Shown piece by piece: positions 38,487 through 48,434 of a stretch of 64,000 nucleotides of DNA; position 1 is the first letter of the stretch, and each line of letters starts with the position of its first letter. Below the pieces are notes generated by a model. That model worked only from the letters and a program-made list of their open reading frames with translations, did no database searches and was not told the origin of the DNA. The DNA is from Bacteroidales bacterium (GTDB taxonomy: Bacteria > Bacteroidota > Bacteroidia > Bacteroidales > Prolixibacteraceae), in assembly GCA_041694375.1 (NCBI GenBank), contig JASMTI010000198.1, positions 12,351-76,350 on the forward strand. Direction: 5' to 3'. The position numbers and the translations under genes were made by a program.

Positions 38487-39704
38487 TTAAAATGCTGCTA
38501 GGAGCAAATCAATGTCTTTGGTTGGCAGCATAAATTTATTGCCTAAATCAGTATTGGTAAGGATACCGTTATACAGGTAAACACCTTCGCGATATCCTTT
38601 TTGGTTAATAATGTAGCTAGTTATGCCACCGTAATCGGCAATATCGAGCAAGGTAGAAGCAAAAATATTGCTAAGTGCAATTGTGGTTGTTCGTGATACA
38701 CGTGCCGATATGTTGGGCACACAATAATGAATTACACCATTTTCGGTGTAAGTTGGTTCTTTCATCGATGTGCAGCGGGTTGTTTCAAAACATCCGCCCT
38801 GCGAGGTGTTTAAATCGATTATAACCGAGCCATTTTTCATGTTTTCGACCAGTTCGCGGGGTACAACGTAGCATGGCACCGAATTAAATGGCTGTGCACC
38901 AAGAACCACATCGGCCGAAATGATAGCTTTTTCAATAACGCGTGGATAATATAGCGAGGTGAATATTTTTTGGTTAAACTTACGCTCAAAAGCACGCAGC
39001 TTGCTAACCGAATTATCGAATATTTTTACCTCGGCACCCAAGCCTATGGCTGCCTTGGCAGCCGACTCGGCAGCAGTTTCGGCACCCAGTATCATTACCG
39101 ATGCAGGCGATATCCCGGTAACGCCGCCCAGCAGTACACCTTTGCCGTTTGAGCTCATACTCAGTAATTCACTGGCAACCGTCATTGACACTATTCCTGA
39201 AATTTCACTTAACGATTGCACAACCGGCAGGTTGCCGGTTTCGTCTTTCTGGTATTCAAAAGCGATGGCTGTAATCTTTTTTTGCATCATTTTTTTGATG
39301 CATTCTTTATTCTGCGAGTCGATTTGTAACATCGAGAAAATAATTTGATGGCCACGCATCAGTTCAATCTCGCTAAGGATGTATGGTGAAACTTTAAAGA
39401 TATAATCGCATTGAAAAACATCGGCTTTATCACGTGATATAATGGCCCCGGCTTCAGAATATTCAAGGTCGGTGTAATGGGCTTTTTCACCTGCTTTTGT
39501 TTCAATAAGTACCTCGTGCCCGGCATCAACCAGTATTTCAATGGCTTGTGGGGTGAAAGGCAGGCACTGCTCGTTTTCGCTGGTATTGGCAGGAACACCT
39601 ATCCTGATTTTCTTGCCCTTGCGTTTAACTTCCAACATTTCTTCGGCAGGCATCAACTGCTGTTCTTCGAAGTGATAAAGGTTCGACTTGGGATTGTTGG
39701 CCAT
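38487..39704 (-). CDS. ald: Alanine dehydrogenase
   Basis: IGVP, PFTPQAI, HEVLIETKAG, AIAFEY, HYCVPNISARV.RT.T.ALSN. Confidence 0.9.
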   Translation of the reverse strand: MANNPKSNLYHFEEQQLMPAEEMLEVKRKGKKIRIGVPANTSENEQCLPFTPQAIEILVDAGHEVLIETKAGEKAHYTDLEYSEAGAIISRDKADVFQCDYIFKVSPYILSEIELMRGHQIIFSMLQIDSQNKECIKKMMQKKITAIAFEYQKDETGNLPVVQSLSEISGIVSMTVASELLSMSSNGKGVLLGGVTGISPASVMILGAETAAESAAKAAIGLGAEVKIFDNSVSKLRAFERKFNQKIFTSLYYPRVIEKAIISADVVLGAQPFNSVPCYVVPRELVENMKNGSVIIDLNTSQGGCFETTRCTSMKEPTYTENGVIHYCVPNISARVSRTTTIALSNIFASTLLDIADYGGITSYIINQKGYREGVYLYNGILTNTDLGNKFMLPTKDIDLLLAAF

Positions 39705-39759
39705 AATAACTTATTAATTTGAGCCGATTAAGTTAGTGTATTCATTACAATTAAACAAC

Positions 39760-40173
39760 TCATTGTATGGTTACCGTGCGTGCTTCATTATAAACTGTAA
39801 TATTAACTTCAACGGTATCGGCAGGCAGCAGTTCTTCAATTCGTTCGGGCCATTCTATAAAACAAAGGTTGCCCGAGTAGAAATACTCTTCGGCACCAAT
39901 ATCAAAAGCCTCTTCGGTGTTTTTTAAACGGTAGCAGTCAAAATGGTATATCACTTCGCCATGTTTGGTGATATATTCATTTACAAGGGAAAAGCTTGGG
40001 CTGGTAATGTTCTCCTCAACCCCTAATTGACGGCATATTTCTTTTATAAATGTTGTTTTCCCGGCTCCCATTTCACCATAAAAAGCAAATACCGGATGCT
40101 GACCCATTTTCGCAATAAATGACTTTGCTGCTCCGGGAAGTTCTGATAATTGACTAATTTTTATTGTTTCCAT
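39760..40173 (-). CDS. tsaE: tRNA threonylcarbamoyladenosine biosynthesis ATPase TsaE
   Basis: GEMGAGKTT, SPSFSLVNEY, YHFDCYRL, FIEWPE. Start at ATG 40173. Confidence 0.95.
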   Translation of the reverse strand: METIKISQLSELPGAAKSFIAKMGQHPVFAFYGEMGAGKTTFIKEICRQLGVEENITSPSFSLVNEYITKHGEVIYHFDCYRLKNTEEAFDIGAEEYFYSGNLCFIEWPERIEELLPADTVEVNITVYNEARTVTIQ

Positions 40174-40354
40174 TTTTATGTTGTTCCAGGTTGTAAAGAT
40201 ATTGCAAAGCCTGTGTATAATCAAAAAGAATGATAAACATCTTTTAAACCATGATTTTTAATCCTTACATTGGTGCTGATTTTTTATGGCAATATTTATA
40301 GTACAATCATATTTCTTTTTACTTTTGAGCTTAAAATATTTAAAATCAAATATC

Positions 40355-40735
40355 ATGAATATACCTGAAAATTTAAAGTACACCAAAGAGCACGAATGGG
40401 TTAAAGTTGATGGCGATGTGGCAACAGTTGGTATTACCGATTATGCTCAAACCGAACTTGGCGACATTGTATTTGTTGAAATAGAAACCGAAGGTGAAAC
40501 CCTTGAGCAGGATGAAACATTCGGGACAGTTGAGGCCGTAAAAACTGTTTCAGATTTATTTATGCCTGTTGCCGGCGAAATTGTTGAAAGAAATGAGTCG
40601 CTTGACGATGAGCCCGAGCTTGTTAACAAAGATCCATACGGAAAAGGGTGGATGATAAAAATTAAAATGAGCGATGCATCACAGGCTAAAGGTTTACTCG
40701 GTGCTGATGATTATAAAGAAGCTATTGATGAGTAA
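40355..40735 (+). CDS. gcvH: Glycine cleavage system H protein
   Basis: YTKEHEWV, GITDYAQTELGD, lipoyl-Lys motif EAVKTVSD, DPYGKGW. Start at ATG 40355. Confidence 0.97.
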   Translation: MNIPENLKYTKEHEWVKVDGDVATVGITDYAQTELGDIVFVEIETEGETLEQDETFGTVEAVKTVSDLFMPVAGEIVERNESLDDEPELVNKDPYGKGWMIKIKMSDASQAKGLLGADDYKEAIDE

Positions 40736-40761
40736 TTGCAACATTTAATTAACGGATATGT

Positions 40762-40789
40762 AAAAGGGGTATTGATGCCCCTTTTTTTT
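40762..40789 (+). terminator. Intrinsic terminator after gcvH
   Basis: AAAAGGGGTA-TTGA-TGCCCC followed by a T-tract. Confidence 0.85.
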
Positions 40790-40829
40790 GACTAAAAATT
40801 GTTGTTTCATAAAATTACTAAAAATCACT

Positions 40830-40837
40830 TATATTTG
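40830..40837 (+). promoter_or_regulatory. -7 box for the ECF sigma gene
   Basis: TATATTTG, 24 bp before ATG 40862. Confidence 0.5.
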
Positions 40838-40861
40838 ATAGGCTAAACCTTAATTCCTGAA

Positions 40862-41446
40862 ATGAACGAAAACAACGAAAAATTTTTAGTAAAACAATTA
40901 CGAAAAGGAAACCATTTAGCGTTTGATTCTCTTTTTGAAATTTATTTTGACCGTTTGTTTCGTTTTGCCCTTAGCATTGTAAAAAATAAAGATGATGCCG
41001 AAGAGCTTGTGCAAGATGTATTTGTTAAGGTTTGGCAAAAAAGGTCTACCATTAACCATCATTATTCTTTCAAATCTTTTCTTTTCTCAGTAGCTTATCA
41101 CACTATAATTTCATTTCTCCGTATAAAAAAGCAACAAATTTGTGATTTGAACGACATAAATATCGATTTCTCAGATAGCGAATCAAATAATGCCGACTAC
41201 ACTATTATTTATAAAGAACAGCTGCAAATAATTGATGACATTATTGGTAGTATGCCATATATGCGCCAGAAAATATTCAGGCTAAGTCGTTATGAAGGCT
41301 TGTCCTATGCCGAAATTGCATCAAAAATGGGGATATCAAAAAATACAGTTGAGAATCACATCTCTTCAGCCTTGAAGTACATAAGGGAGAAAGCAAACGG
41401 AAAAGGATTTATGTTTTCATTGGCCCTTTTAATATTCCTGGCCTAA
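40862..41446 (+). CDS. ECF sigma factor (Bacteroidota PUL type)
   Basis: AFDSLFEIY, DAEELVQDVFVKVW, SRYEGLSYAEIA, TVENHISSALK. Confidence 0.95.
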   Translation: MNENNEKFLVKQLRKGNHLAFDSLFEIYFDRLFRFALSIVKNKDDAEELVQDVFVKVWQKRSTINHHYSFKSFLFSVAYHTIISFLRIKKQQICDLNDINIDFSDSESNNADYTIIYKEQLQIIDDIIGSMPYMRQKIFRLSRYEGLSYAEIASKMGISKNTVENHISSALKYIREKANGKGFMFSLALLIFLA

Positions 41447-41539
41447 ATATTTTTAAAATATTTTCAAATCTGAATAGTGGTCGTATGCATAAATTGCGTA
41501 TTACAAATATAACTATTAACAACGACTGGAGATTAGAGA

Positions 41540-42604
41540 ATGTTAGAACAGGAGAAGATACTGATATTGAAATATCTGAAAGGAAAGTATAGCCGCGATG
41601 AAGCAGAGACTGTAATAAACCACCTGATTAAAGGAGAGCACGGTAGCCGCGAGATTCTGGGTAAAATTTGGCAGCACGATATGATTAACGCCGAAATTGG
41701 TGCATTACCCGACCGAAAAGCGATTATCAATAATGTTCACCATCGTATAAATATTGAAGAAGGGGCAGATACAAAAAAAGGCCGGAAGTCAAATGTATAT
41801 TTACAGTTGGTGAGTTCAATAGCTGCAATACTGTTTATCCCACTATTGTTATATTTTTTGATTGACGCTAATGAGAAAAACTGGTTTGGTAAAGAATCGA
41901 GGGTTGAATACGTTGAAGTTTTTTCACAACGAGGGGTGCGTAGCCGTGTCGAATTGCCCGATGGGACAAATGTGTGGCTGAATAATTCAAGTAAACTGCA
42001 TTATCCTGTTAAGTATGGGAAACAGCGGGAAGTTAAGTTAGAGGGCGAAGGATATTTTGAAGTTGCCAAAAACCCTGACAAACCATTCATTGTAAATGCC
42101 GGGGATATTGATGTTAAAGTATTGGGCACAAAATTTAACGTAATGTCTTACCACGATGATGAGCGTATTGAAGTGGCATTGCTTACCGGTAGTGTTGAAT
42201 TATACAAAGTTCAACAGGATGGTGAGAGTGAATTTATGGCTAATTTAACACCCGGTTCGTTAGCACAATATAGTAAATCAGGCAGGAATATGTCGATTTA
42301 CGTAACTGATGTAAAGCGGCATGTTGCCTGGAAAGACGGAAAACTATGCTTTTACGAAACGCCTTTAAAAGATGTAGCTTTAGAAATGGAACGTTGGTAT
42401 AACTGTGAAATAGAAATTGCCGGCGAAGAGTTGTCGGATATTCACCTTACAGCAACCTTCGAAGGCGAAAATCTCGAACAAGCATTAAAATTAATGTCAC
42501 TTGCAGCTCCTACTAAATATGAAATTATCCCAGCCCGGAAAATGAGCAACAACACATTTACAAAACAGCATGTATTAATTAAACCTGAAAGTCTAACCAA
42601 ATAA
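41540..42604 (+). CDS. FecR-family anti-sigma factor
   Basis: Single TM, LPDGTNVWLN..S.L.YP, LEGEGYFEV, PFIV, VLGTKFNV, WKDG. Confidence 0.95.
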   Translation: MLEQEKILILKYLKGKYSRDEAETVINHLIKGEHGSREILGKIWQHDMINAEIGALPDRKAIINNVHHRINIEEGADTKKGRKSNVYLQLVSSIAAILFIPLLLYFLIDANEKNWFGKESRVEYVEVFSQRGVRSRVELPDGTNVWLNNSSKLHYPVKYGKQREVKLEGEGYFEVAKNPDKPFIVNAGDIDVKVLGTKFNVMSYHDDERIEVALLTGSVELYKVQQDGESEFMANLTPGSLAQYSKSGRNMSIYVTDVKRHVAWKDGKLCFYETPLKDVALEMERWYNCEIEIAGEELSDIHLTATFEGENLEQALKLMSLAAPTKYEIIPARKMSNNTFTKQHVLIKPESLTK

Positions 42605-42637
42605 AAATAAAGCTTATGACCTAACAATTAAGGAGTT

Positions 42638-42679
42638 AAAAAAAGAGCGGAGGAAAACCATCACATTTCCCTCCGGCTC
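42638..42679 (-). terminator. Minus-strand intrinsic terminator in the fecR-susC gap
   Basis: GAGCGGAGGAAA...TTTCCCTCCGGCTC with an A7 tract on its 5' side, which is a U-tract on the minus strand. Confidence 0.75.
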
Positions 42680-42722
42680 AAGTGTGCATAAATGCATTAA
42701 ATGCAATTATTTATTACTAAAC
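42638..42722 (-). ncRNA. Putative cis-antisense PUL sRNA of about 85 nt
   Basis: Minus-strand -7 box TAGTTTTG at 42729-42736 plus the minus-strand terminator at 42638-42679. Same layout as the antisense sRNAs at ECF-regulated Bacteroides PULs. Confidence 0.5.
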
Positions 42723-42735
42723 TCATTACAAAACT

Positions 42736-45700
42736 ATGAAAAAATCTAACATTTTTAAGTTTTTTGGGAAGAGGTATGCCCAAAAATCAAAAATTTGCCT
42801 CGCTATGAAACTAACCGTTATCCTATCTTTAGTTTTTATCTCGCAGGCGTTTGCCGTTCAAACGTACTCACAAGCCACAACACTATCGTTTGAGATGCGT
42901 TCGGCAACGGTACGCGAAGTGCTCGACGAAATTGAATCGGGTACTGAGTTTTACTTTTTGTATAGCAGCAATGTGGTTGATGTTGAAAGGGTTGTTGATA
43001 TTACTTGTGAAAACCAGACCATACAGACTGTCCTGGGTGATTTGTTTGATGACTCTGATGTGCGCTTCGATGTTTACGACCGCCAGATTGTTTTATCAAA
43101 AAAACCAGCGGAAGAAGCTTCAGCTCAAAGTGAGTTTGATGTTTCGGGTGTTGTGAAAAATGCTATGGGCGAGCCCATGCCGGGTGTAACTGTTGTGCTA
43201 AAAGGTACTTCAAAAGGTGTAATAACCAACAATGATGGAACGTACAGATTAACCGATGTGCCCGAAGACGGAACACTGGTATTCTCATTTATAGGAATGC
43301 GCAAACAAGAGGTGAACATTAATAGCAATGCAAATATAAATGTCACCATGGAAGAAGACATAATCGGACTCGACGAAATTGTTGCCGTTGGTTATGGGGT
43401 GCAAAAAAAGAGCGATGTTACCGGTGCAATGGTAAGTGTTAGTTCTGAAGAATTGACTTCACGCCCAGTTAGCAATGCATTGGAAGCCTTGCAGGGCAAA
43501 GCAGCTGGTGTTGACATTACTTCGAACGAACGACCCGGCGAAGTTGGTACAATACGTATCCGTGGTGTACGTTCGTTAACTGCTACCAGCGAACCATTGT
43601 ATGTAGTAGATGGTGTGCCGCTTATGTCGGCCAGTTCTATTGAAACCATGAACCCGCGCGATTTCGAGTCAATTGATATCCTTAAGGATGCCTCGGCTAC
43701 TGCAATTTATGGTTCGAGAGGTGCAAACGGGGTAATATTAATTACTACCAAAAAAGGGAAAAGTGGTACCATTTCGTTCAACTACTCAGGAACGATGACC
43801 ATGGAAAATATTGTTGATAAGGCACCAATGATGAATGCCGGTGAATATTTGACTTGGCGCAGGTGGGCCTGGTATAATGCTGATCCCGGATCTTATCCAC
43901 GTGGCGATCAGCCTGATATTGAAAATGACCGTAAGATTTTTTATGCCGATGCTGATCCGGCTACCTGGAACAATATTGCCAAAGGATGGTCAGGAAATAG
44001 CTGGGATGGTTCAAAAGTTGAATCAACCGACTGGACCGATTATGTTACACAAACAGCGATTATTAATGATCACACAATTAGTGCCAGTGGAGGTACCGAT
44101 AAAATTAATGCATATGCTTCTTTCGGGTTTCTCGATCAAGAGGGCACACAAGTTGGTCAGTGGTACGATCGTTATACAACAAAACTGAGCCTGAACATTA
44201 ACCCTGTTAGTTGGTTCGAAATGGGGGCAACCGTAAATGCTTCATGGAGTGAACAGGATTATGGATTTTCAACCCTTGGTGCTTCTTCTTCTTCGGGACC
44301 AAATAGTATTTATGGTGCTGCCTCACGTATCTATCAGTATGCGGTTCCTTATAACGAAGATGGATCGTTAAATGAAACACCAGGAGGTGATGGAAATGTA
44401 CTTACCATTATCAACGAATGGGATTATTCAACCCAGCAACGCCAAACTCTACGGGCATTGGGAAGTTTTCATGCCTCTGTTGATTTTGGTGAAATGATTC
44501 CGGCTCTGAATGGCTTGAAATACCGTGTAAATTTTGGTCCTGATTTTCGCCACTGGCGCGAAGGTGTTTATATCGATGGTGAATCTGTTAACCGTTTAGG
44601 CGGTGATTCATATGCACGCTTAAGAAACCGTAGGGACTTTTCATATACAATTGATAATATGCTGACTTACGACCGTGAGTTTGGCGATCATGTGGTTGGG
44701 GTAACGCTTTTGCAAACAGCCTCTAAGTGGAATTACGAAGAAAGCTCAATGTCTGCAAAAAATATAGCTAAAGCCAGTTATATGTGGAATGCAATGGGCA
44801 CGGTTGACGTTACAAACGCAGATAATGCTGCAAGCATGGGATCGTATGTTTCCGATCGTCAGCTGGCTTCATATATGGCACGTGTAAATTATGCTTTTCA
44901 AAACAAATACCTTATTACCTTATCCGGGCGTTACGATGGTGCTTCACAGCTGGCTGAAGGCCATAAATGGTCATTCTTCCCTTCGGCAGCCCTGGGGTGG
45001 CGTATCGACCAGGAAAGTTTTATGGGTGATGTTGATGCCGTTGACCAGTTGAAGTTAAGGTTTGGTATGGGTACAACCGGCAACGCAGGTGTTGAACCTT
45101 ATGCAACCAAAGGTGGCGTGCAATCGTTTATGGTACCGTTTGGGGGAACAAACCTACAGGCATATGCCACCAACGAACCTAATTACACTAGTACGCAAAT
45201 TGAAATGGCCAATCCATATTTGGGTTGGGAGATGACTACGCAGTACAACCTCGGTGTTGATTTTAGTTTTTTTAACGGCCGGCTTGGTGGCGCCGTTGAT
45301 GTTTATCGCTCTAATACAACCGATTTGTTAATGGACATGTCTATTTCTCCTATAACCGGGTATGAATCAACATATGCTAATGTAGGTGAAACTAAAAACC
45401 GCGGTGTTGACCTTACTTTGAATTCATTAAACATTAAAACGAATAATTTTAGTTGGTCTACAAATCTTAATGCTGCTTGGCAAAAAGATGAAATTATTAC
45501 CTTGGCTTATGGTGAGCAGGATATGGTTGACAACAACTGGTTTATTGGTAAATCGATTGGCGTGTTTTACAACGTTCAGAGCGATGGTTTATGGCAAGAA
45601 TCGGATGCTGGCGAAATGGAAAAATTCAATGCCAACGGGCACAATTTCGAAGCCGGAAAAGTAAGGCCGGTCGATACCAACAACGATTACATCATTGATG

Positions 45701-46176
45701 CCGAAGACCGTGTTATCCTTGGAAATACCATGCCCCGGTGGACGTTGGGGATGACCAACACTTTCAATATTAGCGATTTTGAATTGTCATTTATGGTGTA
45801 TGGGCGCTTTGGTTACATGATTAGCACAGGTGGCGAAGGTCAAATTGGGCGTTATAACCAACGTTCGATCGACTACTGGACCCCTGAAAATACCGATGCC
45901 GAGTGGCAAAAACCAATTTATAACGAAGCAGGTGGCGACGCTTATTCAAGTTTATTGGGTTATCGTGATGCTTCGTTCCTGAAACTTCGTAATATTTCAT
46001 TGGGCTACAATGTGCCTAAATCATTTACAAACCGGTACAACATTAAAAATCTTAAGGTTTATGTACAGGCCAAGAATATAGGAACACTCTACTCAACAGT
46101 CGACTGGCTTGATCTCGACCTTGGTGGTTCAACCTTTAACAGGGGGGTTGTTTTTGGTGTAAATATTGGTTTTTAA
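42736..46176 (+). CDS. susC: SusC-like TonB-dependent transporter with N-terminal STN signalling domain
   Basis: STN segment (VREVLDEIE...FYFLY), IVAVGYGVQKK, PLYVVDG, LKDASATAIYGSRGANGVILITTK, and C-terminal GVNIGF. Confidence 0.97.
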   Translation: MKKSNIFKFFGKRYAQKSKICLAMKLTVILSLVFISQAFAVQTYSQATTLSFEMRSATVREVLDEIESGTEFYFLYSSNVVDVERVVDITCENQTIQTVLGDLFDDSDVRFDVYDRQIVLSKKPAEEASAQSEFDVSGVVKNAMGEPMPGVTVVLKGTSKGVITNNDGTYRLTDVPEDGTLVFSFIGMRKQEVNINSNANINVTMEEDIIGLDEIVAVGYGVQKKSDVTGAMVSVSSEELTSRPVSNALEALQGKAAGVDITSNERPGEVGTIRIRGVRSLTATSEPLYVVDGVPLMSASSIETMNPRDFESIDILKDASATAIYGSRGANGVILITTKKGKSGTISFNYSGTMTMENIVDKAPMMNAGEYLTWRRWAWYNADPGSYPRGDQPDIENDRKIFYADADPATWNNIAKGWSGNSWDGSKVESTDWTDYVTQTAIINDHTISASGGTDKINAYASFGFLDQEGTQVGQWYDRYTTKLSLNINPVSWFEMGATVNASWSEQDYGFSTLGASSSSGPNSIYGAASRIYQYAVPYNEDGSLNETPGGDGNVLTIINEWDYSTQQRQTLRALGSFHASVDFGEMIPALNGLKYRVNFGPDFRHWREGVYIDGESVNRLGGDSYARLRNRRDFSYTIDNMLTYDREFGDHVVGVTLLQTASKWNYEESSMSAKNIAKASYMWNAMGTVDVTNADNAASMGSYVSDRQLASYMARVNYAFQNKYLITLSGRYDGASQLAEGHKWSFFPSAALGWRIDQESFMGDVDAVDQLKLRFGMGTTGNAGVEPYATKGGVQSFMVPFGGTNLQAYATNEPNYTSTQIEMANPYLGWEMTTQYNLGVDFSFFNGRLGGAVDVYRSNTTDLLMDMSISPITGYESTYANVGETKNRGVDLTLNSLNIKTNNFSWSTNLNAAWQKDEIITLAYGEQDMVDNNWFIGKSIGVFYNVQSDGLWQESDAGEMEKFNANGHNFEAGKVRPVDTNNDYIIDAEDRVILGNTMPRWTLGMTNTFNISDFELSFMVYGRFGYMISTGGEGQIGRYNQRSIDYWTPENTDAEWQKPIYNEAGGDAYSSLLGYRDASFLKLRNISLGYNVPKSFTNRYNIKNLKVYVQAKNIGTLYSTVDWLDLDLGGSTFNRGVVFGVNIGF

Positions 46177-46210
46177 AACTCAGTCACATTAACTATTTAA
46201 TTTATAATTT

Positions 46211-48178
46211 ATGAATACGATAAAAAACACGATATATACATTGCTTGCAACTTTATTAATTGCAGGCTTTACATCATGCGGCGAAGAATTCTTAACTGAA
46301 GAATATACCACCGCGTACAGTACTGAACATTTCGAAACTGAAGAGGGCTTAAACAACCTTGCTGTTGCCCTCTATGCTAATATTCGTTACCATTTTGGTT
46401 ACGAATGGGCTTATGGGACAACTAACTACGGAACTGATGAATTTTCGATGGGAACTGATTTTACCAGCGAAATGTGGAATACTTACGATTCTCGGCTGGC
46501 TCCTTATGTTACAAATTCAGCCAACAAAAATTTTCCTTCACCCGATCATCTTTGGAATCAGATGTATTATGGTATCAATTCGGCCAATATCATCATCCAG
46601 AACCAGGATGTATTTACCGATCAGGATTTAAAAGAAAAATGTCTGGGTGAAGCTTATTATCTGCGTGGATATAATTATCTGCGATTGGTTTCACAGTATG
46701 GGGGCGTAGTATTGCAACTTGAACCAGCCGATGGTGTTGTTCGTAATTTTACACGCGCCACAGCTGAAGAATGTGTTGCCAGTATTGTTTCTGATCTTGA
46801 AAAAGCATACGAATTGCTCCCCGAAGACGAATGGCGTGGTGAAGGAACATGGACAAAGCCGGCAGCTGCTCATTTTCTGGCAAAGACATTGTTGTTTAGG
46901 GCTTCTGAGCGTAATAATGACTGGAATTCATCATACAAGGATGCTGACCTGGACCGTATTATTGAACTGGCTGATTATGTTATTGCAGAACGCCCGCTTG
47001 CCGATACTTATCAGGCTGTTTTTGCCGAATGGGACGGTATTGATTGTGCTACTGAATCGAACCCTGAAATTTTAATGGCAGCCCAGTTTAACCAAAATGC
47101 AACCGGTGGTGCCAATGGCCGCTTTGGCAACCGTACTTATTGCTACTTCCCGGCCCAGTATTCAAACATGGGATACATGACCCGTAAAGGTGCTGTTAGC
47201 CTCGATTTTCAGCGTTGTCGTACTACTGAGTACGGCGTAAATGTATTTGACCGTGTAAACGATTCACGTTTTTGGAAATCTTTTAAAACCATTTATAACG
47301 TAAATAAAGCACCTGCCGACAACGAATATGGAATTGTAAATGGCGACATGTGCATCATTTATATTGTTAATAACAAGGATGATGATCGGTTTAGTGTTGA
47401 TGGCTTTGGACCTTCATCGTTTTCGTTTGTCGATGAAAGAGGATCGGGCAAAGTGGTGCCACATGCTTTTATAACCTACGACAAAAATGGGGAATGGGTA
47501 CAGCAGAACTGGGGTAACAACCGTTATCTGCCCCTCTCAAAATATGAAGACGGAACCATTATACCAAAGAGCACACAAAGTGCCCGGGACGGTGTATTGG
47601 CACGTACGGCCGAAACATACCTGATAAAAGCCGAGGCGTTGGTACGTCAGGGCAACTATCAGCAGGCCATAGATGTAGTTAATGTTCTGCGTCGGCGCGC
47701 CGAATGGACCGAAGGTGAAGACCGTTCGTTCCATCAGGACGGATGTCAGGCTGCTGCCGATTCTGACGACCCGGCATCGGGATACAGTAAACGGAATTCA
47801 TACTATGAGTCTACCAACATTGAGGAAACTACCACAGCTTCTGAATTGGAAATTGGAAGTTATACCAATTTACCCGAAGTAGATGAAAAAATATTTGAAG
47901 CCCTTAACGTAAGTGGTGAGTATGAGCGTATGTTGCACTTCATCTTGAATGAACGCTCCCGTGAATTATATGGCGAGTTTTTACGATGGGAAGATCTTTC
48001 ACGCACTAAAACTTTGGTTGTGCGCGCTAAAGCATTTAATGCCGAAGCCGCTGGCAACATTGATGAACACCATGAACTTCGTCCAATCCCGCAATCGTTT
48101 ATTGACGGATTACTGAACGAAGATGGTTCGAACCTTTCTCAAGAAGAGTTGGAGGCAATACAAAACCCCGGCTATTAA
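46211..48178 (+). CDS. susD: SusD/RagB lipoprotein
   Basis: Lipobox FTS-C, GEAYYLRGYNY, AAAHFLAK, RTAETYLIKAEA, ILNERSREL.GE..RW.DL.R. Confidence 0.96.
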   Translation: MNTIKNTIYTLLATLLIAGFTSCGEEFLTEEYTTAYSTEHFETEEGLNNLAVALYANIRYHFGYEWAYGTTNYGTDEFSMGTDFTSEMWNTYDSRLAPYVTNSANKNFPSPDHLWNQMYYGINSANIIIQNQDVFTDQDLKEKCLGEAYYLRGYNYLRLVSQYGGVVLQLEPADGVVRNFTRATAEECVASIVSDLEKAYELLPEDEWRGEGTWTKPAAAHFLAKTLLFRASERNNDWNSSYKDADLDRIIELADYVIAERPLADTYQAVFAEWDGIDCATESNPEILMAAQFNQNATGGANGRFGNRTYCYFPAQYSNMGYMTRKGAVSLDFQRCRTTEYGVNVFDRVNDSRFWKSFKTIYNVNKAPADNEYGIVNGDMCIIYIVNNKDDDRFSVDGFGPSSFSFVDERGSGKVVPHAFITYDKNGEWVQQNWGNNRYLPLSKYEDGTIIPKSTQSARDGVLARTAETYLIKAEALVRQGNYQQAIDVVNVLRRRAEWTEGEDRSFHQDGCQAAADSDDPASGYSKRNSYYESTNIEETTTASELEIGSYTNLPEVDEKIFEALNVSGEYERMLHFILNERSRELYGEFLRWEDLSRTKTLVVRAKAFNAEAAGNIDEHHELRPIPQSFIDGLLNEDGSNLSQEELEAIQNPGY

Positions 48179-48205
48179 AGTTTAATTGGATTGTTTAATT
48201 ATGTA

Positions 48206-48235
48206 AAAGGTGGCTTGGTTTTTCCAGCCACCTTT
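48206..48235 (+). terminator. Hairpin after susD (terminator or stabiliser)
   Basis: AAAGGTGGCT...AGCCACCTTT. Confidence 0.75.
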
Positions 48236-48345
48236 CACATAAAATCTTTATTAATATCCATGCGTATTGGTGTTCAAATAATTTGTAACCCATAATAAGA
48301 TAATTTGTCTGTGGTGATACTCTTCAGCGCTTACACCAAATAACC

Positions 48346-48353
48346 TATATTTG
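48346..48353 (+). promoter_or_regulatory. -7 box for the pectin enzyme genes
   Basis: TATATTTG in the susD-GH28 gap. Confidence 0.5.
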
Positions 48354-48434
48354 AAAGTGTCATTTTAGCCATTTATTATACGGCTTGTCGTTTTACATAA
48401 AGTATAATTATTGTAAACAAAATATTCATCAATC

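Noticed and set aside
41485-42705. Shared TGCATAAAT upstream of fecR (about 41485) and susC (about 42685)
   Set aside because: A 9-bp AT-rich match at inconsistent distances from the starts cannot be distinguished from chance.
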